From: Blastocladiella emersonii ATCC 22665
Lineage: Eukaryota > Fungi > Blastocladiomycota
Direction: 5' to 3'
Assembly (NCBI GenBank): GCA_025594325.1
Contig: JANHCV010000005.1
Coordinates: 1,302,001 to 1,366,000 of the forward strand
Length of the DNA stretch: 64,000 nucleotides
Position 1 is the stretch's first letter; each line of letters starts with the position of its first letter. Positions 24,688 through 37,059 of this stretch are shown here, in pieces. Position numbers and translations under genes: made by a program. The notes under the pieces are model-generated. The model saw only the letters and a list, made by a program, of their open reading frames with translations. It ran no database searches and was not told the origin of the DNA.

Positions 24688-25842
24688 ATGATGCGCGTCG
24701 CCCTCCGCGGCGGCCTCGCCGCCTACTCGCCATCAACCAGCACGGGCTTCGTGCACCTCGCCACGGCCGCGCGGATCAATGCCGACGCGCTGTCGGCCGT
24801 CACCGTCACCGTCCCCGTCCCGACGACGGCTGCCGTGTGTGCGACCCCGCTGCGGTCGCTGCACGTCGTCGCGTCCAAGCCCTCGCCCGCCGCCGCGACC
24901 CCCACGCCGCGCATGCTCGCCGGCACGCTGTCCCCGCTGCACCTCGCTACGGGCATCCGCCGCTTCCACGACGACCAGCGCGACTTTGACCGCGCGCAGC
25001 GCAAGTTCGAGCGTGCGCAGCGCCGTATGGAGCGCGACTGGCACCGCTATGAGTCCGGGATGTACGAGCCGCGGTTCCGTCGCGTGGCCAAGACGGGCGT
25101 GTCGATCGGCGCGGGCATCATGGTCTTCACGCTGTTCAAGCCGCTCTTCTTCCTGGTCGTCGGCGGCGGCCTCGGGTACGCCGCGTACCGCGTCACGCGC
25201 GCCTGGCTCGACCTCTCGTTCCCGCCCTACTACATCCGGGCGGACAACGAGGGAGCGCAGCCGCGCGGCGCGGCCGACCGCGACCGCGTCGCGGACTGGC
25301 TCCAGCGCGAGTGGAACGTGCGCCCCGTGCAGCCCAACGCCGCCGCGGCCCCGTTCAAGAGCAACCAGGAGTTTGCCGAGTTCATGATGAACAAGGTGTC
25401 CGGCTTCGTCGGCTCGCTCCCGTGGCTCGCGCCCGCGCGCCGCCTCGAGTTCCTCGCGACCCGCCACATCGCGGGCGACGCCGTGCTGCGCCGCCAGATC
25501 GGCGCCGCCCTGCAGGTCCCCGCCAAGGACACCGCCCTCGCCGCCGACGAGCTCGCCTTCTCGCGCAGCCACCAGGTCACGCAGTCTGAGACCGACGGCA
25601 AGGGCACCGTTGAGGTTGCGTTCGACGCGTTCGTCGACCCCGCCACCGCGACCACGACGGCGCCCGCGCAGAACTCGGTCCGTGTGCGTGCTGGTGGGAG
25701 TTTCGTGGGCCTGAACCGCGGCCAGGCGCCCGTCGACGCCGTCCGCCTCGAGTGGGTCCAGATTGGCGACGGCGGGCGCATCGAGATCGCGGAGGATGTT
25801 CAGAAGCCGCCCGAGTGGATCAACGCCGACAAGCGCAAGTAG
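24688..25842 (+). CDS. Hypothetical, probably mitochondrial membrane protein, 384 aa
   Basis: Arg/Ala/Thr-rich presequence-like N-terminus ending in GIRRFH; hydrophobic SIGAGIMVFTLFKPLFFLVVGGGLGYAAY; host codon bias. Confidence 0.65.
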   Translation: MMRVALRGGLAAYSPSTSTGFVHLATAARINADALSAVTVTVPVPTTAAVCATPLRSLHVVASKPSPAAATPTPRMLAGTLSPLHLATGIRRFHDDQRDFDRAQRKFERAQRRMERDWHRYESGMYEPRFRRVAKTGVSIGAGIMVFTLFKPLFFLVVGGGLGYAAYRVTRAWLDLSFPPYYIRADNEGAQPRGAADRDRVADWLQREWNVRPVQPNAAAAPFKSNQEFAEFMMNKVSGFVGSLPWLAPARRLEFLATRHIAGDAVLRRQIGAALQVPAKDTALAADELAFSRSHQVTQSETDGKGTVEVAFDAFVDPATATTTAPAQNSVRVRAGGSFVGLNRGQAPVDAVRLEWVQIGDGGRIEIAEDVQKPPEWINADKRK

Positions 25843-25882
25843 AATGTGGAATGTGAAATAATTTATATCTTCTCTGCTACAC

Positions 25883-26584
<702 letters not shown>

Positions 26585-26688
26585 TTAGGAGGGCGTGGGT
26601 GGGGGTAGGGGTGTGTGGAGGGGGGAGGTGAAAGGGAGGGGAAGGGAGCGGCGGGGAGTGGCGGGGCTGGAGGGTGATCATTTCGCAT

Positions 26689-26709
26689 CACATGATATCG
26701 AAACGCGTC
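26689..26709 (-). promoter_or_regulatory. Candidate composite promoter element GACGCG-N7-ATCATGTG
   Basis: Reverse complement reads GACGCG TTTCGAT ATCATGTG, 114 bp upstream of the ATG at 26575. Confidence 0.45.
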
Positions 26710-26956
26710 TCTCATCGTCTCGCAGGACCCCTTCGGCATCCCACTGGGTTGCACGACGCAAGGGTAGCCACATTGCCGTGTCTGAGGTGCCCAATCTGAC
26801 TTAACTTGACGCATAGAACCCAAGGTCGCGCTTTGCGACACCAGGGGGCACAGTGCACTCTCGCCCCACGCGCCCGTGTTCGTACAAGACGAAATGAGCA
26901 AACTGCAACATGTATTCAAAACGCGTCAGGTGGGAGGTAAATATCAGGGACACGCG

Positions 26957-29900
26957 CTAGGCGATCGGAAAGTACGGGAAGAGCACGACCGACTTGAGGT
27001 GCGGCCGCAGCCGCGCGTAGATCTCGGGCGGGAACCGCGGATCCAATGCAGGGACCGCCGGACCCTTGACCTTGGCGAGCGACAGCATCAGAGAGATATC
27101 CTCGAGGCACACGAGGGCGGTAACGTCGTAGGTGGGCGTCGTAAGCGGGTCGAGTTGCCGTTGAGCCTGGTTCAGGACAATAAAGTCGGGGTGGTTGCGG
27201 TCAAGAATCGCCACAAGGCACTCTGCGGTGGGGGTCGGCGCAAGCCCTGGGCCGGCCGGCGGGAAACGGACCAGCCGGTGAGGAAGGACCACGCCGTGGA
27301 CGTCGTCCATGGCTGTGTCGCCGATCGCAAGCAGCTGCATATTGGGGTCGGCCGAAATCTCGAACACGACCCGGAGGAAGCTACCAATGGCATTCGCGCA
27401 ACCCCGCGAAAAAGAGCCGGAAAACAAGGTCCCAAATTCGATTGCGGCGACCCGTTCAAGCGCAAGCCGCATCGGGAGATCGGACGCGCTGTAAACCTTG
27501 CGGAGGCCGGGATGCGGCTGTGGAGCGATGACTCCATGCTCGACCAAGGTTGCCGCCATGCTGCGAGTGAGGACCACGACCACCTTACCCTCGTCGCGCA
27601 TCTCGCGCAGCTCGGTGGCGTACAGTAGCCCAGGCAAGCAGAGAAATTGGACGACGCCATCAACGCAGACAACGGGCGTGCCATGGTCGGTCCGCAGCCC
27701 AGAGCTCGTCTCGGGGAGCGACAGCAGGCAGTCCTTGAGGCTGGGCGTGATCCGGAGCGTGACCTCGAACCCGTCATAATTCTCAGATACCGCCGTAACC
27801 GGCAATTTCCAAGTTGTGAGAGTGGGCTCGCGCGGCACGCGCGCCGCCATGATCCCGCGGACCGGGGCCAGGAAAGCATCGACAGGGATCTCCTTGGCGG
27901 CACCGGTAAGAAAGCTAAGCGGAACAGGCCCTCCAACGAGCTTACGGGGCAGACGGTCGGCGCCTGGGACCGGGAGGAACTCCAAGTACACTGAGACAGT
28001 TGCACCGGCGAGGCGCGTGATCGTGTCCGAAGAAAAATACGATGTGACTGACATGTACCCTGGAAGTTCAAGAGTTCCGAACGGCGGCGCCGGCTTGACG
28101 ATCATGGACTCGAAGCGCCGCGTCTCGCCGTTCGCGGTAAGCTCGACGATGAAGTCAAACGGCGGCCGGGCAGGACCGACCATCGGCGCGACCGTTGGAA
28201 AAGACTGCGAAGCACTTACAAAGCGGCTGCGATGGGAAACGGGTGGGCCCACGCCGTGAAGGGCGGCGAGTTGGACGAGCTCCGAGTGTGCGCCGCCCAC
28301 GTCGTCAAGCAACCGGTGCCAAAACTGCAGGTTGCAGCGCGGAGTCGGCGAATCGGTCGGGTCCACGCCAGACCAGGTGAGCCGGCCCGACGCAAGCGCG
28401 TACGCTACGAGCTTGGGCAGAATCGTGGACCGAAGCGAGGTGCCTAAGCGCGTGCAAACGTGGTTAGACTCGGTAGCGGGTTGGCAAGTGAGAGGAGATT
28501 GCACGCGTACCACCCGAGGAAGCAAATTCCGTCAACGTGTCCTGGAGAAATGGCGACGATTCAAGGGAACTGGGCACCGAGGCCGCGGGGTAGAGGTAGA
28601 AGTTGAAGTACTCGACGCGCCGGCGATCCACGCCAAAGCCGTCGCCGTGCGGTGCAAAGTTGGTGACCAAGTTGAGCCAATAGTCCGTGCTCGGCAGATC
28701 CATCAATCCAAGACCGAGAAGCGTTGGAAACGTCTCCAGCGGGAGATCGGTCATGATGGTCACGAACTCGGATCGCGAGAAGCCCCAGGCTGCAGCTTTG
28801 GCCGAGTACGACAAGAGAAGCGAGCGGCGGTTCAAGTCGGTGCCTGCGGCAAGAAGCGGAGAGGTGTGAACCAAAAGTTCGAGTAAGCCTATCGAGTCTT
28901 GGAGACCGCCAGTGTCGATCACGTTGAAGCGCAGTTCTGGATCAGCAAGCGCTTTCTCTGTGAATCGAAGTGCGTGGCCAACTGCAAACGAAATCGACCA
29001 AGAGGGCGACGCGCCCGCGGTGAACACCGCGTGCAATGCCGCGACCCACTCGCCCACCTCGTGAAGCAGGTGAAGGTCAGGAGACTCGTGGGTAACGTAA
29101 ATGTCGAAGGGTTCAAAGGGCAGCGCCATGTTCGGTACGGCGTAATACACGGACCCCTTGGTACGGACAAGCAGGAAGGTCGGGTTGACCACGGGCGCAG
29201 CCCCGGAAGCGGGATCGACGGCAAAGGACTGGTCGGCGGCGTGGCGCTCGGCGGTGCATGCGACGTGGCCAGCGCGCGACCGCGTGAGGTTCTTTCTGAA
29301 GCGCGCTCGGAGATGCTCAATGTAAGCTTTGGCCGATGAAGCAGCGTTTAAGTCGCGGACAGCCGGATCCCAGGGTAACGCGGGGTAACTCGAGCGGCTT
29401 TCGAGCAAGGCCTCGACCGACCAGTCGACGTTGAGCCACGACTGTCAGCAGTGGCGGACGGCGCGTTGCGTATCCTGGTCGAATACGTAGATTGGACCGG
29501 TTGCGGGACCGACCCACTCCTTGGCGATGCAGGCGCGCATCTGGTCCTCCCAGAAGGTACGCGCATCGGGCTAGAGCACCATCGAGAACCAAAGCTGCGC
29601 GACTCGACGAACGAGGCCGTCGTCAACCGAGAGGCTCGAGGTGATAGCGTAAAGGATGAGCAAGTTGCGCGCAAGCACCTCGGGGCGAATGTCGTTGAGC
29701 ACGAAGCGGTAAGCATGAGCCGAAGCCTTGGCGCGAGCCTCGCCGGCTGTGCGAGCAATGTCACGAAGATCGCCACAGCCGAGAACGAGGACCTGCTCGG
29801 TCAGGCCCTCCGGCCGACCAGTTTCAACGTCGTCCGCGGGGGAGAAGAGGAGGAGGTCCCGAGGATGAGAGCGACCGTACGGGCGGAGGACATCCGACCG

Positions 29901-30071
29901 CTCGTCGCACATGCGCGACCGACAGCCGAGCGGAAGCGGTACCGGGGCAGTTGGCGGCGTTCCAGCGTTGGGCGCGGGAGGCCGGCTCGCTTCAAGCGGT
30001 GAAGCGGCAGGCTCTTTGGCTTTCGCCTTGGTCCGACCTTTGCCGGAAGTTCCATTAGTTTTCTTTTTCAT
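26957..30071 (-). pseudogene. DUF4470-family (SAM-methyltransferase-like fold) paralog A, full length with two premature stops and one frameshift
   Basis: VLVLGCGDLRDIAR...FVLNDIRPEVLARNLLIL; colinear with the 33853-36819 ORF along its length; in-frame TAG at 29571-29573, TGA at 29445-29447 and a frameshift near 28495. Confidence 0.85.
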
Positions 30072-30503
30072 TTTGGGTGTTCGTGTCCTTGGGGGGAGAG
30101 GGAGAGAGTTCGAAAGAGCGGGCTGGGAAGCGGGCGCTCATTTGAGTTTGGCGTGACCCGTCAACGCCATCAACGTGTCTCGCGCCCCCCGCCGTGACGC
30201 TCGACGCGTCCTTGTCTCGCAAGCCCGCGGCCGGGCTCTCCCACGAGTTCGCCGCCCTGCTGGTCTCACTTGCGTCCTCTATTCACTCAGTATCGCCCTC
30301 CGATCCTCGCTTTCCAAATGAGCCATGCGCAGAATAACTGCCGTAACTCTTGCCAGGGTGATCCTTCCGCCCGCATCGATTGCTTGAACCCGGTTTAAGT
30401 GCTCCGTGCCCTACCTGATCTAGTTACTTTGAAAATATATCTGCCATGAATGCCATCACATCGCGCCAATGGTGAGACCCGCGCGACCGCTGCGTTGAAT
30501 GGA

Positions 30504-32120
30504 TTACTGGTTTCTCCAGAGATCGTCAATGGTCGGCACGACGATGCTCAACAACCGCTCGCGAAGCTGCTGCCCCATCCTGTTCACAGCGTCAATGATC
30601 GCTCGCCCGGTCCTCACAGAGGGCGACGGGTCACGGCTGTTGTGAATCCGCGCGAAAGCGCGCACGAGCGCCACCTTGACGTGCTTGGCGTCCCGCCGGT
30701 ACCGCCGCCAGTCGACCCCAACCGCGCGCATGGCAGCGACCAGCGTCTCGGATAGCACGTACGGGTGGATGACGAGCGGGCAAGCGGTACGCGGATGGAC
30801 GCGGCTGGACGGCGGGCAAAGTTGGACAAAGTCCACGCAGAACTAGCACCCCGATCGCCACGGCACCTCGGTGTACTTTCGGGTGAAGCTGTTGTTTGCG
30901 AACACCGCGCCGCACATACGCTTGTTCATTTGCGCGACGGATCCAGTCCTGTCCCAAATGATGTCGTTCAGCTGTTCAGGGCGCGGCTCCACGAAGTTGA
31001 GCACACGCTTGGCGAAAGCCAGTCGAATCGCCCAAGTGCTTTTCAGCTCGGTGGCGTGGCCAGGAACGGCTTCCTCGAGCAGGGCGTGGTACTTGGCGTA
31101 GAAGTCCGCGACGAGCGTGCCCGGCTCCCGCGGGATGCTGAGCCAGCGAGCAGCCCAATCGCGACGGGCAGGATCGGCCGGATTCACTGTCTCGTGAAAG
31201 ATGCGCTCGGCTTCCTCGCCCGACATGCCGGTGCGAATAAACACTGTGTAGACGTAGTAGACGCGCCATGGGACATTGGAGCTGGAGGCGAGAAGAGCGA
31301 GCGCAAGAGAAACAGGAAACGGTTTGCAATCTTTTGACGAAGCCGCGTGACGCAGCCAGGCGACGTACTGCCGCGCGTCGTTGGTGGTGCGCCGCCCCGA
31401 GCGCTCCACCTGGCGGAGGCCCGGCCCGTGGTCTCGAATGTGATTGAACAAGATGCGTAGATCGTTTATGTTCAGTTGCCGAGCTTGGAACGGACGAAGC
31501 GGAAGACGCTCGCGGCGGGGCGAGCGCGAAGAAGAGCGGGAGCGAGAACGCGGTCGAGCTCGAGACATAGAGCGGTTTCGAGACGAACGTGATGGTAAAT
31601 GAGAGCGGCGGCGACCGCGCGAAGAGCGTGACGGCGAGGGAGAGCGACGACGACCACCGTCCCGCGACTTGGATGACGGAGTTCGCTCTCTGCGGGCGCG
31701 GTCAAAGGACCGTGTGCAAGGAGCTGAGGCAGATGTGGTGCTGATCTGCCGCTCGTCGGCAAGCTCTACGGTGCGTGCAACGTCTGCGCAAACCTCGACG
31801 GAAGATTCGTGAAGCTTAATCACCTGGCTGAGCTGCTCCATGGTGGCGGTGAGTTGCGAAGACCGCAGCTGAAGCTTTGCGCGCTCCTCGAGTCTGATAC
31901 TAGGATCCCGTTGGCGCAGAGTCACGCAGATCAGGTCGGTGCGAAGGTTCATGATCTTTACCAGCGACTGCTCAAGGTGCGTTTGGCGCTCGGCAGCTGC
32001 GGTTGGAAGAGGTGGGCGGTTGGCACGTGTTGGCGGTGACAAGGGAAAGCAAGTATCCGGGGTGGAACGTGCAGTGGGAGGTCCTGCTGGTAGGTTGCAT
32101 AGAGTTTCGTGACAATTCAT
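30504..32120 (-). pseudogene. Gag-like ORF (helical N-terminus, RS tract, capsid-like segment, C-x2-C-x13-H-x4-C knuckle) interrupted by an in-frame TAG
   Basis: ORFs 30843-32120 and 30504-30836 share a frame (…GC TAG TTC TGC GTG GAC…); MSGEEAERIFHETVNP...WLSIPREPGTLVADFYAKYHALLEEAVP resembles the retrotransposon Gag/MHR pattern. Confidence 0.55.
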
Positions 32121-32448
32121 TGTGATGCTTCATGTGGGCGAGCGACGGCAGGGAGCTGTTGCCGAGATCGCCGAGCAGCTGGCGTGGTGGCTTGGCGGCC
32201 GCCTGTCAAAGCCATCAATTTGTGCGCTGTGGCGCAACGCGTCACTCGTCCCGACTTCCTGCTGAACACACGGCACGCCACATGCCCAGAAATTAATTTG
32301 GGCGAATTTCCCTTGATGTCCACAACGCTCAACTCGCAAGGAGCTCCGCCTTGGACGCAGACTGAAATGTGAGGAAAAACAAACGAACATTTTTGATCAT
32401 CAAAAACCTGGAGGTCCGATGTGATCAAGGAGGAGGACACTGGACAGG

Positions 32449-33235
32449 TTAGATGCTAAGGACTGGGGCAAACGGCAGGAGCATGATCTCGTGGAGATGA
32501 GGCTGCAGCGGCGCGTAAACGTCAGCCGGGAGCAGCGGATCGGTGAGCGGGGCGGGCCGGCTCCCTGCGCCCATCACGATGCCAACGCAAAGGTCCGCAA
32601 ACATGCTTGCGTTGTCTTGCTCCGGGAACTGTACGGAATTGATCGCCGGGGCAGGAAGCTGGGCGCACGCCACCGGAAATAGAGGCTGAGTAGAAGGGGC
32701 GAACGCGATGGCGCACTTGAGAGTTGGGATTGGCTCGATCCCTGGACCCGCCGGTGGGAGAAGAATGAACCGTCGCGGAATCACAAGTCCAATGACAAGT
32801 CCGGTTTTGTGCATAGAAACCTCAATGAGGCGCGTGGTTGGGTTCGCGGCCAATTCGAAGACACGTTTGACGGTCTCGATCGCGTAATGAAGTGGAAGCC
32901 GAGAGTTCATCCCTTGTAACAAGTCGTAGATCCCAAGTCGCGCGAGCTCTTTGAGCGCAAACTGCATGGGAAACTCGTGAACGAGGACACGCGAGGGCGA
33001 GCACCTGCGTCGGCTCTGTCGTCGACGGGACGCCGTACATGAGAAGGTCTCGCGCATGCATAGGGCTGAAGGGATGAAGCTCCTCGGACGGCTCATGACG
33101 AGTGCGCGAACGGCAGGTCAAGGGCGGCGGCGGGAGCTGCTCCCCCGCAGGCGGCCCCGCGTCGTCGATAGGTGAAGCGATTCCACGGCCTTTGCCGCTA
33201 GTTACATTAGTTTTCGTCTTTTTCTTTGCTCCCAT
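32449..33235 (-). pseudogene. DUF4470 paralog B, internally deleted and out of frame
   Basis: N-terminus MGAKKKTKTNVTSGKGR...HARDLLMY...QVLALAC joins directly, in another frame, to the C-terminal block FPMQFAL...AANPTTRLIEV...PPAGPGIEPIP...LLPFAP near 32985. Confidence 0.8.
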
Positions 33236-33852
33236 GGTTGTGCGAGGTGGGGAGCAGCGGTGGGAAACAGGCAGGGGTTCTGGTGGGAAGAGCGCGCGCC
33301 GGCGAAATCAGGGGTTCGGGTGACCTGTCAAACGCATCATTTTGTCTCGCGGTCGCCGACGCGTCGATTTCACCACGACCGTGTGTCGCGGTGACGAGCG
33401 TGCGGGAGAAAAGGTACACATGAACGCGTTGAGCGCTTTTCAGCAAGGGATTTGCTTGCGCGGTCGCGGCACGGGCCGCCTTGAAGCGCGATGTTGTGTG
33501 GCACAGGCGGAATCCCGTTGGTCACGGTCAGAGCGAGCAATGCGTTGTGTCGTGTGCCGTAGAGACGAAAACGCTGGTCCAAGTTGAGGTCTCAGCCGCG
33601 CAGACGTAACGTGAAGGCCTGCCTAGATCCGCACGAACAGGGGTCGCTATCTCAGCAGGGAGGAGTGTAGCAAGCAGTTCCTCATTTCGAGCACGCGAGC
33701 GGCGGACCTAGAGCAAAAATTAACAAATTAATGAGCCCTCGATTGAACGGACATCCGTCCGTTGCCCGAATTCAGGTGCAAAATCAGCGACAGTATATTG
33801 GAAGGATCAGGGACAACAAAATAGGGGGAGAAATGAATCAAGGGGAGAGCGT

Positions 33853-36800
33853 TCAAGGCGCACACGACGTTGGGAAGTAGGGGAGGAGCAAGGTCGGCTG
33901 CACGTGCTCGCATAGCGCTTCAAAGCAGTCAGCTGGGATGTGTGGGTTGGACGCGGGGACTTCCTTGCCAGTCTCTTTGGACATGAGCATCAGCAGGGAG
34001 ATCAGGTGAAGACAGTCGTCGTTGAGCGAAACATGGCAAGTTGTGGAGGGACAAAAATAGTCCCGGGCAACCTTGAAAAGCTTGTGCGACGAATCTACGG
34101 ATTCCTGCGGGACAGTCGCCAAACACTCAACAGCAGGCGTCGGTGCAAGCCCAGGGCCCACGGGCAGGAGCAGCACCAGCTGACGCGGGAAGACAAGCGC
34201 GCACACCAAGGTGCAATCAACGTTGCAAAGCTCGATGAGTTGAATCTTGGGGTCGGCGGCGACCTCGAAAACATACTTGAGCATGCCGATCAGGTTGGCC
34301 GCAAGGTAGGACGAGTCCAACTTCATGTCCGGAAACGCAGCAGCGTAATCAATTGCAGCGACGCGGTCAAGCGCAAGCTGCATTGGGAGGTCCAAAGCTG
34401 CGTATGCCTTGCGGGACCCAATGAGCGGCGGGGAACGGAGAATACCGTGCGTGAAAAGCGATGCGCCCATGCTGCGCTTGAGGTTGAAGAGAATCTTACT
34501 TTGCTTTTGCGTGACGCGGACTTTGCCAACATGTATGATCCCCGGCACGCAAATAATCTGTTCGTTGCCGTTGACGTATAGCAAAAGCATGCCTTTGCTT
34601 TCGCGCTTGCCAAAGTACCCCTTGGGGAGCGCAAGCTTGCACCCCTCGAACTCGGGCGGGATGCAGAGCAACACCTCGAAGCCATCGCGGCGCTCCGTGA
34701 TCTCCGTAGGCGGCAGTTTCCAAGTCGCACAATGTTTGTCAACCAGTGCACGCGTCGCAATAATCCCGCAAAGAATGGCCGAGTACAGGACGGCGGGAAT
34801 TTTCTTGAATTTCAAGGAATACAGCGGGATCAGCTGCCCACTAACAAGCTCGCGTGGCAGGGACTCGGCTCCTGGAACGGGAAGAAACTCGCGGTATACA
34901 CCAACCAAAGCGTCAGAAAAATGGTCGACGGTGCCCAGAAGCGCGTGGAAACCGACGCGCACGGATCGCTGAGCGGCTACCGATGGTTGGATGGTGAGGG
35001 ACTCGAAGCGGCGCGTCTCACCATCCATAATCACCTCGACAACAAGGTCAAACGGCGGAAGCACGCGGCCATCGACTGTGCCATCACCAAGCGAAGCTGT
35101 GAGCTCAATATACGCGCAATTGGTGACGTCGCATGATCCCACGCTGTAAAGAGCTGCGATTTGAGCGAGCTCAGAGTAACTGCCCGCCGACTGCTCGATC
35201 AGACGAGGCCAGAAGTCAAGACTGCAAGACGGAGCCAGTGAAGTAGTCGGGGCCAAGCCCGACCAAGTGAGGCGCCCCGAGGCAAGGGCGAAGGCAACAA
35301 GTTTAGGTAAAAGCGCCTTGGACTCGAATGAAGCAGCTGAATGCGTACAATTAGAGTTAGAAGTGGGCGTGGAGCACGAAAGAGTCTCAGCGCACGTACC
35401 ATACGACGCCGGCGCAAAGTTAGTCAGCGCGTCCTGGAGAAAGGAAGACGACTCAATGGAGCTGGGGGCCGAGCACTCGTGGTACGAGAAGAAAGTCAAG
35501 TGCATGACGCGCCGACGGTCCACACCAAAGCCATTGTCATAAGGCGCGAATGTGGTGACCAAGTTGAGCCAGTAGTCGGCGCAAGCATGCTCCATGAGCC
35601 CAAGACCAAGGAGAGTTGGGAACAACTCGAATGGAAGGCCTGCAGCGGCGGCCACGTAGTTGGCGGGTGACTTGCTTGACGTCACGGCGCGGGCCGAGTA
35701 TGAGAAGATGCGCGAACGACAATTATGGCTGCTCCCCGGCCGGAGAAGCGGTGCCGCGTGAACGAGGAGTTCGAGCAAGCCAAGCGAGTCTTGGAGACCA
35801 CCTGTATCGATGGTGCTCAAGCGCACGCTTGGAAGCGCGGCCAACTCCCCCGTGAGCTGGAGAGCGTGGCCACGAATAAAGGATACCGTCCAAAATTGAT
35901 CATTGCAAGGGGTAAATGCGGTGTGCAGGGCCGACGTCCATTCGTGAACTTGGGCAAGCAGATGCGAATCGGGAAACTCGGACGTGACGTAAACGTCAAA
36001 GGGCTCGAACGGAAGCGCTGCATTAGGCACGGCATAGTACACGGTTCCGTCAGGGCGGGTAAGGAGGAACGTCGGGTTGGCCACGGGCGGAGCGTTCGAC
36101 AGATCGACGAAATACGTCGAGTCCTTGGCCGAGCGCTTGGCCGAACACGTGATGCGACTCGCGCGCGACCGCGTGAGATGCTTGCCAAAGCGGGTCTGCA
36201 AGTGGTCGATGTAATCCTTGGCAATCGAAGCTGCGTTCGCATCGCGAACGGTTGGGTCCCAGTGCGAGGCGAGGTAAGAAGCCCGCTTCTCGAGCAGCGT
36301 TTCGACGGACCAGTCGACGTCAAGCCACGACTGCCAGCAGTGACGAACAGCGCGCAGCGTATCAGAGTCGGCAGCATTGATGATCTTGGAGGACTGTTCG
36401 TTCAAGTAAAAGGCAAGGCACGCGCGCATCTGCACTTCCCAGAAGGCACGGACATCGGGCTTGAGAAGCAACGAGAACCAAAGCTGGGCAACGCGGCGAG
36501 TAAGAGTCTCGTCAACCGACTGGCTGGAGGAAACGGCGTGAAGAATCAGCATGTTGCGAGCGAGCACCTCGGGTCGGATGTCGTTGAGGATGAATCGGGC
36601 CCGACGACAGGCGTCCTTTTCGGAAGCTTCGGCAATGGTGCGAGCGACATCGCGAAGGTCTCCGCACCCAAGCACAAGGATGTCAACAATCGGATAGTCG
36701 TCGGTAACTGGGGGCGGGTAGAGAAGCAAGTCACGCGGGTGCGACCGACCGAACGGCCGAAAGACCTCCGATTGCTCGTCGCACAGGCGCGACCGACAGC

Positions 36801-36934
36801 TCAAAGGGAGCCGGCTCACGTTCGAGTTCGAATTGTCGGCCGGGTCGTCCGCGGGTGAGGGAGTGGCGGCGCGGGCCTTTTCTTTCGGCTTTTGCTTGCC
36901 GTTGCGGGAAGTTCCATTAGCTTTTCTTTTTCAT
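33853..36934 (-). pseudogene. DUF4470 paralog C, 988-codon open frame whose natural ATG is out of frame by one base
   Basis: ILVLGCGDLRDVAR...FILNDIRPEVLARNMLIL, ANPTFLL, LPFEPFD; ATG at 36934 reads MKKKS-stop, and removing one base gives MKKKANGTSRNGK..., matching paralog A (MKKKTNGTSGKG). May be functional if the extra base is a sequencing error. Confidence 0.75.
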
Positions 36935-37035
36935 GGTGTCAATTTACATGGTTCGCCAGAGCAGCGGTTGCATGGCTCGGCTGGCGGACGAGCTGACGAT
37001 CGTGGCGAGCGAGCGAAAATTGGTCACGCCCGCAT

Positions 37036-37056
37036 CACGTGATTGATCGGCGCGTC
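37036..37056 (-). promoter_or_regulatory. Candidate composite promoter element GACGCG-N7-ATCACGTG
   Basis: GAGACGCGCCGATCAATCACGTG is 21/23 identical to 12507-12529 and lies 102 bp upstream of the paralog C ATG. Confidence 0.5.
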
Positions 37057-37059
37057 TCC

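Noticed and set aside
26957-32120. Stop-codon reassignment to explain in-frame TAG/TGA in island genes
   Set aside because: Host genes terminate normally at TAG (24333, 25842, 42910) and TGA (17350, 55737), and the island genes also contain frameshifts.
30080-32450. Complete LTR retrotransposon around the Gag-like ORF
   Set aside because: No paired LTRs, primer-binding site, protease, RT, RNase H or integrase motifs seen; flanks are DUF4470 genes.
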